Position numbers and translations under genes: made by a program. A stretch of 64,000 nt of DNA from assembly GCA_038844785.1 (NCBI GenBank), contig JAWBRA010000006.1, forward strand, positions 1 to 64,000, in the 5' to 3' direction. This stretch comes from Candidatus Caldarchaeum sp. Lineage in GTDB: Archaea; Thermoproteota; Nitrososphaeria_A; Caldarchaeales; Caldarchaeaceae. Positions within the stretch are counted from its first letter, which is position 1; the number at the start of each line of letters is the position of its first letter. This document shows positions 8,756-18,400 of this stretch, in pieces. The notes under the pieces were generated by a model, which was not told the DNA's origin, searched no databases, and saw nothing but the letters and a program-made list of their open reading frames with translations.

Positions 8756-10258
8756 TTGAAGATGGAGAGCCAGCAGCAGTACAAATGGCGGTTCGACCTC
8801 TTCAGAATACCTTTGATCAAATGGTTTGTCCGCAAGAGATGGTTCCAGTTCGCCGTCATAACCCCCAACCTCGCCATTTTCTTCATACTGATGACGGCGG
8901 GACTCTATGGACTGCCTGTCGGGAACAAGAACATATCGGTGCTCGTAGTCTGGATACTTTGGTGGGCTGCTTTGATGATACTGCTTGTTCCGTTAGGAGG
9001 CCGTATATGGTGTATGATCTGTCCGATGCCAGCTATAGGCGAATGGCTTCAGCGCAGGACGTTGACGCAGAAGAAGGAGAAAAACCTTGGCTTGGGTAAA
9101 AAATGGCCAAAATTCCTCGACAACATATGGCTTCAGAACTTTAGCTTCTTGACGGTCTCCTCTTTCATCGGCGTGCTCACCACAAGGCCTTTAGCAACAG
9201 CCATAATGCTTATCGTTCTTGTTATAGTTTTACCAACGATACTGCACCTCCTATTCGAGCGTAGAGTTTTCTGCCGCTACGTATGCCCCGTCTCAGGCTT
9301 CATAGGACTTTACTCTATGCTAGCGCCGTTAGAGCTAAGGGTCAAAAGCAGGGAGGTCTGTTTGAAACATGTTGGGAAAGAATGTTTCAAGGGTAGTGAA
9401 AACGGTTATGGATGTCCGTGGTATGAGTTTCCGCAGAACCTCAACAGAAACGCCTACTGCGGGCTTTGCATGGAGTGTGTCAAAACATGCCCGCTCGACA
9501 ACATAGCTTTAAACCTGAGAATCGGGGGAGACGACCTGCTCGTCGAACCGTGGCATGGTATAAAGAAGCGTGGGCTCGACGAAGCCTTCAAAGTATTCAT
9601 AATGACTACTTTGTCTATACTTTACGCCCTTGTTTTCGTCGGCCCCTACGGCTGGCTCAAAGATTTAGCCAACGTCACGGGCGGGGCCACCTTCAAAGAA
9701 ACGTGGTCGCCTCAGGGCAACCTGCTGCTTGAATCATTTAATGTGGAAAGCTTTCTGCTTTTCGCAGGGCTTGTATGGGGTAGCACGCTTTTAGCAGCTC
9801 CCGCAGTATTCCTCGCCTTCTCATACGCCGCCAAGCTTGCGTCCGGCGTGAAACACATACCGCTCAAAAAAATTTTCATCAACTTCTCATACAGCTTAGT
9901 CCCGTTAAGTTTGATGTCGTGGGTTGCGTTCTCGCTCTACATCCTTTTGGTCAACGGCTCATACTTAGTAGCGGCCCTGTCCGACCCGTTTGGATGGGGC
10001 TGGGATCTGTTCGGCACTAAACACTTTCCGTGGACGCCTGTTTTAACAAGCATCATCCCCTACATACAAGCAGCCCTGTTGATAGCAGGCCTCTACCTGT
10101 CTGTAAAGCTGGCTTACAGGATTGCGCAGCGGACGATGCCCAGCAGAAACGCCGCTATAAAGGCTGCGATACCCTTTGCAGCCATGCTGACAGGCCTCTG
10201 CCTGCTATACCTCGGCCTTTGGCTCGACTCCTTCTACTGGGGGTGGATAGCCTGGTGA
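8756..10258 (+). CDS. Polytopic 4Fe-4S membrane protein (NosH/NapH/NosR-C-like)
   Basis: GRIWCMICP, FCRYVCP, CGLCMECVKTCP; many TM helices. Confidence 0.85.
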   Translation: MKMESQQQYKWRFDLFRIPLIKWFVRKRWFQFAVITPNLAIFFILMTAGLYGLPVGNKNISVLVVWILWWAALMILLVPLGGRIWCMICPMPAIGEWLQRRTLTQKKEKNLGLGKKWPKFLDNIWLQNFSFLTVSSFIGVLTTRPLATAIMLIVLVIVLPTILHLLFERRVFCRYVCPVSGFIGLYSMLAPLELRVKSREVCLKHVGKECFKGSENGYGCPWYEFPQNLNRNAYCGLCMECVKTCPLDNIALNLRIGGDDLLVEPWHGIKKRGLDEAFKVFIMTTLSILYALVFVGPYGWLKDLANVTGGATFKETWSPQGNLLLESFNVESFLLFAGLVWGSTLLAAPAVFLAFSYAAKLASGVKHIPLKKIFINFSYSLVPLSLMSWVAFSLYILLVNGSYLVAALSDPFGWGWDLFGTKHFPWTPVLTSIIPYIQAALLIAGLYLSVKLAYRIAQRTMPSRNAAIKAAIPFAAMLTGLCLLYLGLWLDSFYWGWIAW

Positions 10259-10668
10259 AACTACGCCCTTCGGAATTGATAGCTATAGTGCTGCTTGGCT
10301 TCACAGTTCTAGTTACGTTGTTTGGGCCTTTTTACTACAACAATGTTGCAAAAGCTGAGAAAGACAAAGAACATGTGTTCTATGTCACGGCGCGGCAATG
10401 GGTCTTCGAGCCAGCAGAGTTTGTTGTTAAAAAAGGCGAAAAAGTCACGTTCATCGTCTCAAGCGCTGACGTGGTCCATGGGTTCATGATAACGGGCTAT
10501 AACATAAACGCTGTCATCAACCCTGGCGAGTTTGTGAAGATAACGTTCACAGCGGACAGAGCTGGGGTTTTCGAGATTAGATGCTCTGTTTACTGCGGAG
10601 AACCGTTGCTCAACTCGGGTGCTGGACACTGGCTGATGAAAGGGGTTCTTAAGGTAGTCGAACTGTGA
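10255..10668 (+). CDS. Second CuA-type cupredoxin
   Basis: GTG start overlapping the upstream stop; ARQWVF, DVVHG, CSVYCGE...GHWLM. Confidence 0.85.
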   Translation: MKLRPSELIAIVLLGFTVLVTLFGPFYYNNVAKAEKDKEHVFYVTARQWVFEPAEFVVKKGEKVTFIVSSADVVHGFMITGYNINAVINPGEFVKITFTADRAGVFEIRCSVYCGEPLLNSGAGHWLMKGVLKVVEL

Positions 10669-10771
10669 GAGAACGTTTAATTAATGTAAATACGTTGTAA
10701 ACATCTGTATACAAAATAAGACAAAGGTTTTTCATACAGCAGAAAAGAAATATACCCTAGCCCCAAAGAGG

Positions 10772-11413
10772 ATGAAAAAACTTTCACTCAAAATAGACAT
10801 ACCGCCCCAAAGCTGGATAAGAAATATTGCGAAAACCCAGGGAGTAACTGGCGTAAAACTGTTGGACTGCATCCCCTCAAACAATTCGATGAACGAGTTC
10901 TTTGAAATAACCTGCAGCCCCGAGGCGATGGCGGAAGTTGTCAAGAACCTTCAAGAAACACCCGGCATACAAGATTTGGAAGTAACGCTGAAGATGTCTT
11001 CAGGCAAGATCGTCGGCTCACTGAAGACAACGCAGTGCAACCTCTGCAAGCACTTTGCATCCTCGGAATGCTTCCTCGGTTCAGCTGTTTACGAGCTTGA
11101 CAAAGGAAGGCTCCGCTGGTCTTTCTACGTAAGGGAAAGATATGTTCCGCAGATTCTTACAGCTTTGGAGAAGGAAGGAATAACGTACGAGGTAGAGCAT
11201 AACATTAACGTAGATGTTGCTGAAGAGCTCACGCCTCTCCAGGAAAGACTGTTAGACAGGGCGCTTAGAGAAGGGTATCTGGACATCCCCAGAAGAGCAA
11301 GAGTAGAGCATCTTGCTAAAGAATTCGGGATAACAAAGGCCTCGCTCTCGATTACTCTGAGACGCGCGCTGAGGAAAGCTGTCAAAGCTTATCTTGAACA
11401 GGCTAAACCATGA
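10772..11413 (+). CDS. Bat/HTH-10 family transcriptional regulator
   Basis: C-terminal LTPLQERLLDRALREGYLDIPRR...LAKEFGITKASLSITLRRA. Confidence 0.85.
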   Translation: MKKLSLKIDIPPQSWIRNIAKTQGVTGVKLLDCIPSNNSMNEFFEITCSPEAMAEVVKNLQETPGIQDLEVTLKMSSGKIVGSLKTTQCNLCKHFASSECFLGSAVYELDKGRLRWSFYVRERYVPQILTALEKEGITYEVEHNINVDVAEELTPLQERLLDRALREGYLDIPRRARVEHLAKEFGITKASLSITLRRALRKAVKAYLEQAKP

Positions 11414-11465
11414 TACATGTGTGTTACAGCCTGTTTCCCAGCTAAAACCTCTACCTAAAGCAAGT

Positions 11466-11826
11466 TTACCCGACTATTACTTTTTCCTTTTTTCTTGGTT
11501 TTTTCTTAATGTTCTGTTTCAATAGGGAATCTGTCTCTGTTCTCGTATGTTTTATGGCATATGCTGCAGAATGATTGTCCTCTGTTATACTGTGGCTGAA
11601 TACCTGAGGGTATAAAAGGGGATTCCTCATATTCTTTATAGGTGAGTCTTGGTATTCCATCCTCAACCCATAGGTCTATTCTAATCTCTCTTCTGTAGTT
11701 AGCCTCGTAATCAAGCAGGTTTTTAAACATGCTGGGTATTCTAAGCTTAAAGCCCGCAGTAACGTCGTATCTTCCTTTAAACACCTTGCCTTTAACATAG
11801 TCTCCTTTGTCGGGTATGTTTAAGGA
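11466..11826 (-). pseudogene. Degenerate 3' fragment of a zinc-ribbon protein gene (copy 1)
   Basis: LNIPDKGDYV...YNRGQSFCSICHKTYENRDR...KKKPRKK; frameshifted; homologous to 17545-17880. Confidence 0.6.
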
Positions 11827-11852
11827 TGGTAAGCCGTCTCCGAGAGAGGCGG

Positions 11853-12060
11853 GTCATACAGACATCTCAGAAAGTTCTTCGGACTCTTCAAAGGAAGGGG
11901 GTCAACAAGTTCTACAGCAAAACAGCGAGACAGGCGCTTTAAAGGCTTACAACAGCAGTTCTGAACAACACACCACAAAGCAAAAGACGAAGAAAGAATC
12001 CTACGGAGAATCTGGAAGACTGTTAAGGAGACCCGGGAAAGGCTGGAGGCGCATGCCTGA
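11853..12060 (+). pseudogene. C-terminal remnant of the IS110-like recombinase
   Basis: Translates across shifts to SYRHLRKFFGLFK..NKFYSKTARQAL*RLTT..KAKDEERILRRIWKTV, aligning with 3197-3445 (YTGLYK..NGRYNHRLKQAV..KAKEVRQLLRKI). Confidence 0.65.
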
Positions 12061-12215
12061 ACAGCAGAGAAAAACCACTCTGGAAAAGCCGGCCCACCTA
12101 TAAACAGACCGTATCAAATAGATATGGCCCCGAGGTTATTAGTCGGCCTTTCTCATGGGTTTCCTTGATGTTGTTCTGGTTGACTGCCTCCAGCCAACTC
12201 TCCCCTTATTTTTTC
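12041..12215 (+). ncRNA. IS110-associated 3' structured RNA candidate, copy B
   Basis: Closing stem GGCTGGAGGC (12041-12050)/GCCTCCAGCC (12186-12195); inner GCCGGC/GTCGGC stem; two-stranded internal loop; apical hairpin; T-rich tail. Confidence 0.6.
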
Positions 12216-12288
12216 ATCTTTTAATTTAAATGTTGAATGAAAACCCCACCTTATCCAGCAAAACATAAGAGTTTAACTATAGGGTTGT

Positions 12289-12744
12289 ATGATTTACCAA
12301 CGTATGAGTGTGCAGGCTCCTGGGGTCGGGAGGATTAGGATTTTGTTGGCGAAGCCGGGGTTGGACGGTCATGACAGGGGGCTTCTCATCTTAGCCAGAG
12401 CTTTTAGGGATGCGGGTTTTGAGGTTGTTTACGGCGGAATACTGAGAAGCCCCGAGGAAGTTGTTGAGACAGCTATTCAGGAGGATGTTGACGTTGTTGC
12501 GTTAAGCCTCCACAACGCCGACCACATCCCAAACTTCATCAAGGTGGCGAGGCTTTTGAGGGAGAAAGGTGCTGGAGACATTTTGGTAGTGGGCGGCGGG
12601 ATAATTCCACCAGAGCACAAACCAATCTTGGAGAGGGAGGGTATTTCAGGGAACTTCGGCCCCGGAACGCCGCTCCAAACAATCATAGACCATATCGTCG
12701 AAAGGGTGAAGAGGGAGAGGTGGGGAGAAGCTAAACAGACCTGA
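12289..12744 (+). CDS. Acyl-CoA mutase cobalamin-binding small subunit (IcmB/MCM C-terminal domain)
   Basis: KPGLDGHDRG B12-binding motif, SxH, GGGIIP. Confidence 0.93.
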   Translation: MIYQRMSVQAPGVGRIRILLAKPGLDGHDRGLLILARAFRDAGFEVVYGGILRSPEEVVETAIQEDVDVVALSLHNADHIPNFIKVARLLREKGAGDILVVGGGIIPPEHKPILEREGISGNFGPGTPLQTIIDHIVERVKRERWGEAKQT

Positions 12745-12806
12745 CATGAGGTAAGGTTCCTCACATCGGTGGATGGTTTCGAGCGGCTGGGATGTCGGCA
12801 GCGTTT

Positions 12807-14588
12807 TTAGATTATGACTGGTTCACGCCATGTTCCGAACACTTCCCGCCCTACGTTCATAATCTCCTCCAACGACGCATAGCTTCTTACGGCTTCTAGT
12901 ATGTATGGCATGACGTTCACGTCCTCGCGTTCAAAGGCTTTGCGGAGGTTTTCAAGAGCTTTCCGCACTCTTTCGTTATCCCTTTCCCTCTTCACCTGCT
13001 GAAGCCTTTCAACCTGCTTCTTGGCAACGCTTTCGTCGACGACAAGATATCTGATGGGCTGGTCTTCTGGGATGGTGTATTTGTTGACGCCGACCAGGAC
13101 CTCTTCACCGCTCTCGATAGCCAGCTGCGTCCTGTAGGCTGCTTCATGAATCTCCCGCTGTGGGTAGCCTGCCTCTATAGCCGCAAGCATTCCGCCAAGC
13201 TCGTCAATTTTCTGGAAATACTTTAACGCGTCCTCTACCATTTGTTCGGTGAGCCATTCAACGTAGTAGGAGCCTGCCAACGGGTCTATGGTGTCAGCCA
13301 CACCTGTCTCCTCGGCGATTATCTGCTGCGTCCTCAACGCGACGAGGACAGCCTGCTCCGTTGGAAGGGCCCAAGCCTCGTCGTAGGAGTTTGTGTGCAG
13401 GGACTGTGTTCCACCTAAGACAGCCGCTAAAGCTTCTATGGCTGTCCTGATTATGTTGTTGAGGGGCTGCTGCCATGTGAGGGACGCTCCAGAGGTCTGT
13501 GTGTGGAAGCGTAGTGTAAGCGACCGTGGGTTTTCGGCGCCATAAAACTCTTTCAACACGGTCGCCCACAGCTTTCTCGCCGCCCTGAATTTAGCTATCT
13601 CCTCGAAGAAGTTGATGGTTGAGTTGAAGAAGAAGGAGAAATGGGGGGCGAAGCTGTCAACTTTCATGCCCGAGCTTAGCCCTAGGTCTACGTAGGTGAA
13701 CCCGTCCATCAGGGTGAAGGCAAGCTCCTGCAGCGCTGTGGCTCCAGCCTCTCGTATATGGTAGCCGCTGATGCTGATGAAATGCCAGCGTGGCATGTTT
13801 TTGACGCAGAAATCCATCATATCCCTTATTATTCGCAGGTGGGCTTCGGGTGTGAAGGCCCACTCCTTCTGAGCTATAAACTCCTTTAGAATGTCTGTCT
13901 GGGTTGTTCCGCTCAGCATGCGTATTGGAACCCCTTGTTTCTCGGCGACGACGATGAGCATGGCCAGCAGAACAGCTGCGGGAGCGTTTATCGTCATAGA
14001 GACGCTCACTTTGTCCAAAGGTATTCCGTTGAAAACTATCTCCATGTCCTTCACAGTAGCTACAGAGACGCCGCATTTACCAACTTCTCCCTCGCTCCGA
14101 GGGTTGTCTGGGTCGTATCCGTATAGTGTTGGCATGTCGAAGGCAACGCTCAAACCAGTTTCACCGTGCTCCAGCAAGAAACGGAACCGTTGGTTGGTGT
14201 CCTCGGGCGTCCCGAATCCGGCGAACTGTCTCATAGTCCAAAGCCTTCCCCTATGCATCGTGGTGTATATGCCTCTTGTGAAGGGATGCCTGCCTGGAAA
14301 ACCTAAGTCAAGTCCGTAGTCTAGCCATCTAACGTCGAGAGGTGTGTACAATGGTTTGACAACAAACCCCGAAGATGTTTTGAAGATTTTCTTCCTTTCA
14401 CCTGTTGCTGCGGCTGTATGGGCGTAGCTTTCCTCCCAGTCTTTTACGCTACGTTCAAGCTTTTCTAAAACATCATCACGGAACATTGGCGAGGTTTGAC
14501 GACGTTCGTTCAGAAAACTAATCTTCTCATTCCAGTAGCTGAGACGTCTTTCACTGAATTGCCGCAGCCTATCAGATAACCCGCCCAC
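12807..14588 (-). CDS. Acyl-CoA mutase large subunit, isobutyryl-CoA mutase-like (IcmA)
   Basis: WTMRQFAGF, GTTQTDILKEFIAQKEW, ISISGYHIREAG, GGTQSLHTN. Confidence 0.92.
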   Translation of the reverse strand: MGGLSDRLRQFSERRLSYWNEKISFLNERRQTSPMFRDDVLEKLERSVKDWEESYAHTAAATGERKKIFKTSSGFVVKPLYTPLDVRWLDYGLDLGFPGRHPFTRGIYTTMHRGRLWTMRQFAGFGTPEDTNQRFRFLLEHGETGLSVAFDMPTLYGYDPDNPRSEGEVGKCGVSVATVKDMEIVFNGIPLDKVSVSMTINAPAAVLLAMLIVVAEKQGVPIRMLSGTTQTDILKEFIAQKEWAFTPEAHLRIIRDMMDFCVKNMPRWHFISISGYHIREAGATALQELAFTLMDGFTYVDLGLSSGMKVDSFAPHFSFFFNSTINFFEEIAKFRAARKLWATVLKEFYGAENPRSLTLRFHTQTSGASLTWQQPLNNIIRTAIEALAAVLGGTQSLHTNSYDEAWALPTEQAVLVALRTQQIIAEETGVADTIDPLAGSYYVEWLTEQMVEDALKYFQKIDELGGMLAAIEAGYPQREIHEAAYRTQLAIESGEEVLVGVNKYTIPEDQPIRYLVVDESVAKKQVERLQQVKRERDNERVRKALENLRKAFEREDVNVMPYILEAVRSYASLEEIMNVGREVFGTWREPVII

Positions 14589-14724
14589 GGGTTATAAAAT
14601 CTGACGGTGACTATTATTTGTTACACATCCGAGACGTCTATCCAGGTTTATAGCGTCTCGGGCATTTGCTACGGGTGTAAAACCCGCCCTTCACGTTGGA
14701 TTGTCTTGGCGCTGGTGAAAACCT

Positions 14725-15690
14725 CTAGGATGTGTGCATGGGTTTTGTTAGGCATTCGTTGAGGAGCAGTGGGAGTTTGAGCCAGGCTATGACTCGGGGC
14801 TCTAGCCCATCCGCAACCAGTTTCTCAACCTCAGCTGCGAACTGTCTGTTTGACGCAAGCTTTTCAGCCGCAGACCTCATTCTTTCCAGCATCATAGCCA
14901 CAACCTCCGCGACTGCTTGCCTCTTTCTCCTAGCCGATATTTCTCCGGACATGTTCAGCCTCTCCCATGTTTTCAAAAGGGTTTCAACGAGCTCTCCGAC
15001 GCCTTCTCCACGTGTAGCTACTGTTTTCAGGACAGTTGGTTTGGCGTCTCTCCTACTCAGCATGGTTTCAAGCATCGTCGCAGTCAAGGAGCTTCTAACG
15101 TCGTCGGCTTTGTTAACCACGTATACGTCGCCTACCTCCAAAAGCCCGGCTTTGATGGCTTGGATGCTGTCCCCCATGTCGGGTGTTACAACTATAGCCA
15201 CCACGTCGGCCACGTCGTTGACCGAGACATCGGTCTGGCCTGCTCCAGCCGTTTCAACCAAGATGACGTCAAAACCGGCTGCGTCGAAAACCCTTAAAAC
15301 CGCTCTCGCGTTGACCGCAACACCGCCCCTAACGCCTTTCGTAGCCATGCTCCTGATAAACACGCCGGGCTTTGATGAGACAGCGGTCATCCTAACCCTG
15401 TCTCCGAGAACAGCGCCTCCCGTGAATGGGCTTGAAGGATCTATTGCGAGAACTCCGACCTTCAACCCTTTACCTGTCAGGTGTTCGACTACACGTCCTA
15501 TTAGGGTGCTTTTCCCGGAGCCGGGAGGGCCTGAAAAACCTATTACCGGCCTTCCGCTCAGGTGTCTGTGTAGTTTTGACAGGAAAATCTCGGCGTCTGC
15601 ATGGTAAAGCTCCACCATGCTGATGGCTTTGGCGAGGGCTTTAGAGTCGCCTGCTAAAACATTCCTAACAAGTTGGTCGACCTCAGACAT
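14725..15690 (-). CDS. meaB: MeaB/ArgK mutase-associated GTPase
   Basis: GPPGSGKST, DPSSPFTGGAVLGDRVRM, ETAGAGQ, NKAD. Confidence 0.93.
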   Translation of the reverse strand: MSEVDQLVRNVLAGDSKALAKAISMVELYHADAEIFLSKLHRHLSGRPVIGFSGPPGSGKSTLIGRVVEHLTGKGLKVGVLAIDPSSPFTGGAVLGDRVRMTAVSSKPGVFIRSMATKGVRGGVAVNARAVLRVFDAAGFDVILVETAGAGQTDVSVNDVADVVAIVVTPDMGDSIQAIKAGLLEVGDVYVVNKADDVRSSLTATMLETMLSRRDAKPTVLKTVATRGEGVGELVETLLKTWERLNMSGEISARRKRQAVAEVVAMMLERMRSAAEKLASNRQFAAEVEKLVADGLEPRVIAWLKLPLLLNECLTKPMHTS

Positions 15691-15866
15691 CCCAACAACT
15701 TACACCAACAGCCTCTTAAAGTCTCATACGGCTTGCGACATGCTTAAGGCTGGGGTGTATAAATTTGTCCAAAAAACTACCAGCAGCACGGTGAAGAGTA
15801 TAGCGATGATTCCCGTCAAGCATATGATGTAGTTGTAGAAAGCTGCTTCGGTTTATCCATTTAAGC

Positions 15867-17210
15867 TTATTTGATTTGCTGCATCGCATGTCTATAGATG
15901 TGTGCTATTAAGCCGAAGAGCATAACGACAACCCCTAAGTTGAAAAGCGACAGGTTCTTCAACCCCTCGAGATATTGTTGGAAAGCAATCAGCGAGAGAA
16001 TGCCTATCACCGCCAGCAGCCCCATGATAATTCTCACCGACCACTCATACGGAAGCTGTATTGTGACGGGCCGTGCTTTTGGAGCAGGCCTCGCGGAACT
16101 TGACATGGGTGGAGCGATGTATTTGTAGCTGATTATGAAAGTTGCCGCTATCAGGAAAAGCAGCGTCGGGTAAAAGATGAGAGGCTCCACATACACCGCC
16201 GAAAAAGCGTCGACACGAGGCTTCGTGTAAAAGCCCCACACCGTTGTGACGATTATGAGGACTATGCTTGAAAGACCCGCTGCGGTAAGAAAAGGCCGTT
16301 CCTTCCAGCTGAGTTTTTTCGACCTGTCGACGAAGGGGACTAGCAAAAAGAAAAGTATGAAGAGCAAAGGCAGCAAAGCACCTGAAGTAAACCTCTCCAA
16401 ACCCGTCCTGATGAATGCGTAAATCGCTGTAAGATACCATTCCGGAACTTCCACGATAGCGCGGGTTGGGTCGTATTTTGAACCAAGTTCCACGGGATAC
16501 AGGCCGCCGGCCACCAGTATGGCTCCTATTACTCCTGCGACGACAGGCGGGTCGAAGACAAGGTTGCGTGGGAAATGAACCAAGACCAGTAACAGCATCA
16601 CCATGGGTAGGATGAAGACGTGGAGTGCGTAAAACCTGATGATCAGGTCGTACAGCCCGCCTCCCAAAAGTATTGGAGCCACTTGAGGACCCAGTATTGG
16701 TGCTGCGTTCGTCAAGCCTACCGCTATGTTAACCGCCAGCATGGCTCTTTGGTTGAGTATTAGGTCATAGCCGGTGAAAGCTTCCAAAACAGTCACAGTC
16801 CCAAGGATTATACCAGTCACCCAGATGACCTCGTTCTTCACCTTATACCTGCCGCTAAAGTACTGGTAGAAGAGATGGGCGATGGCTAGGAAAACCATGG
16901 CGTTGGATGCGTGGTAGTGAATGTTCCGGAGGAAGAACCCGAACTCGATGTTTTCCTCGATCTCTTTGACGCTGTCGTAGGCTAGGCGTACATCAGGCCG
17001 GTAGTAGAACATCAACAAACCTCCTGTTATCCCGAGGATTAGGAAGACGATGGCGGTTAAGGTGCCGAGATAGCCGAACGGGCTTACAGCTAGACGGGGA
17101 ACCTGAAACCTGAACGTGACAATCGGCGTCCTCTCCAGCCTTTCGACAAGCCATTTGACAAACTCGTCAAAAACCCTTCCAAGAGGACCTGCCTCAACCT
17201 TCTGAGCCAT
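15867..17210 (-). CDS. Cytochrome b (bc-complex type)
   Basis: RNIHYHASN, AHL, RFYALHVF, VHF heme ligands; PEWY motif. Confidence 0.92.
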   Translation of the reverse strand: MAQKVEAGPLGRVFDEFVKWLVERLERTPIVTFRFQVPRLAVSPFGYLGTLTAIVFLILGITGGLLMFYYRPDVRLAYDSVKEIEENIEFGFFLRNIHYHASNAMVFLAIAHLFYQYFSGRYKVKNEVIWVTGIILGTVTVLEAFTGYDLILNQRAMLAVNIAVGLTNAAPILGPQVAPILLGGGLYDLIIRFYALHVFILPMVMLLLVLVHFPRNLVFDPPVVAGVIGAILVAGGLYPVELGSKYDPTRAIVEVPEWYLTAIYAFIRTGLERFTSGALLPLLFILFFLLVPFVDRSKKLSWKERPFLTAAGLSSIVLIIVTTVWGFYTKPRVDAFSAVYVEPLIFYPTLLFLIAATFIISYKYIAPPMSSSARPAPKARPVTIQLPYEWSVRIIMGLLAVIGILSLIAFQQYLEGLKNLSLFNLGVVVMLFGLIAHIYRHAMQQIK

Positions 17211-17544
17211 TACCTCAGACAGCTTCTTTTCAATATATAAGGAATGCGGCTGGAAGCCTCTCACACATACTATTAGACTACTTTATTAGCCTAATCACCG
17301 AAGCCTAATAACAAAGTTCAACAGATGTTGTTTGATTTTATAGCATATGGTTAAAAGCAAACGGTCAAAAGGTCAACCTTCGTCTGATAAAAACCCTTGG
17401 GTCATAGCCAGCGCCGTGTTCAAAATACATGCTCAACAAGCAGAAACATCTGTTGAACAAGCTTATAGGGTTCCTGAACAACGCAGGCTACACGTCAAAA
17501 ACCATCAATAAAATCAAAAACGGAAGCCTAACCATGAATTAGAT

Positions 17545-17880
17545 AGTTGATTTATCTCTCTTTCTTCTTGTTTTTTCCTTAATATTCTGTTGCAGTTGGG
17601 GCATTTATCTCTATTAGAGAAGGTTTGACAGCATCTTCTACAATACCATTCTCCCTGTCATAATTTGGTTGACGGTCTGAAATGGGGGCTCCTTATGTCC
17701 TTCATAGCTGAAAAATGGTATTCCGTTTTTAACCCATAGGGCTATTCTAACCTCTCTCGTCGTTAGCCTCTAAATGGAACAGCGGTTTATACATGTTCGG
17801 TGTTCTAAACCTCCATCACGCTGTAATGTCATATCTCCCTAACAACACCTATGTAGTCTCCTTTATCGGGTATGTTTAAA
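17545..17880 (-). pseudogene. Degenerate 3' fragment of a zinc-ribbon protein gene (copy 2)
   Basis: Nucleotide similarity to 11466-11826; encodes GEWYCRRCCQTFSNRDKCPNCNRILRKK; several frameshifts and stops. Confidence 0.6.
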
Positions 17881-18142
17881 GACCGCCAAACAGTTATAGG
17901 TAGTTTAAGCCTCATAGAACCTGTTACATACTATCCTAGCCGCATGATACTCGGTTTTTGGAAAGAAAATATCTAATGTAGGCTGTCCATCCTGCTGACA
18001 GGGCTGCGGCTATGGCCCAGTACGTTGTTTTCACGTCCAGCGTCGTTCACCTCTGCGACGTACAAGTGGAATACCGTGCTGCTCATGTTTCGTTCTACGC
18101 CGTACTGGATGGCTTAGCGTAGCTGTTTCTCCAGTTACTCTT

Positions 18143-18400
18143 CTAGCTCTTGAGTAGTACTATGTCCTGTCGCAGGTCTTCCACGGAGTGGTATGGAATG
18201 TACTTGGGGGCGTGACGACGACGTAGGCGCCGGATTAGTTTTGAGTATACCGCGTAAACGTCGTATGTTGTAACTTTGTTGCTGCTTACGGCTGCCGGCA
18301 TATAATCCATGCCAGTGATGGTCAAGGGTTCGGCGTAGATTAAACCGAGGGCTCTGGCGACTTCATGCTTCATTATCGTGTTAAGGCGGGGTTTCCTCAA
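18143..18400 (-). CDS. Hypothetical protein / possible fragment
   Basis: 85-aa ORF overlapping the end of the upstream gene; no family recognised. Confidence 0.35.
   Translation of the reverse strand: MRKPRLNTIMKHEVARALGLIYAEPLTITGMDYMPAAVSSNKVTTYDVYAVYSKLIRRLRRRHAPKYIPYHSVEDLRQDIVLLKS

Noticed and set aside
11807-12103. 98-aa ORF as a real gene
   Set aside because: It is an off-frame reading across the junction of two pseudogene remnants; the recombinase-like sequence lies in other frames.
14732-15607. 291-aa antisense ORF, and similar antisense ORFs over nosZ, XDH, sdhA and the Mo enzyme
   Set aside because: Shadow ORFs opposite well-supported genes.
15725-15860. Small membrane-peptide frame downstream of cytochrome b (TEAAFYNYIICLTGIIAILF...)
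   Set aside because: An in-frame stop precedes it and there is no clear start for the full frame; too weak to call.
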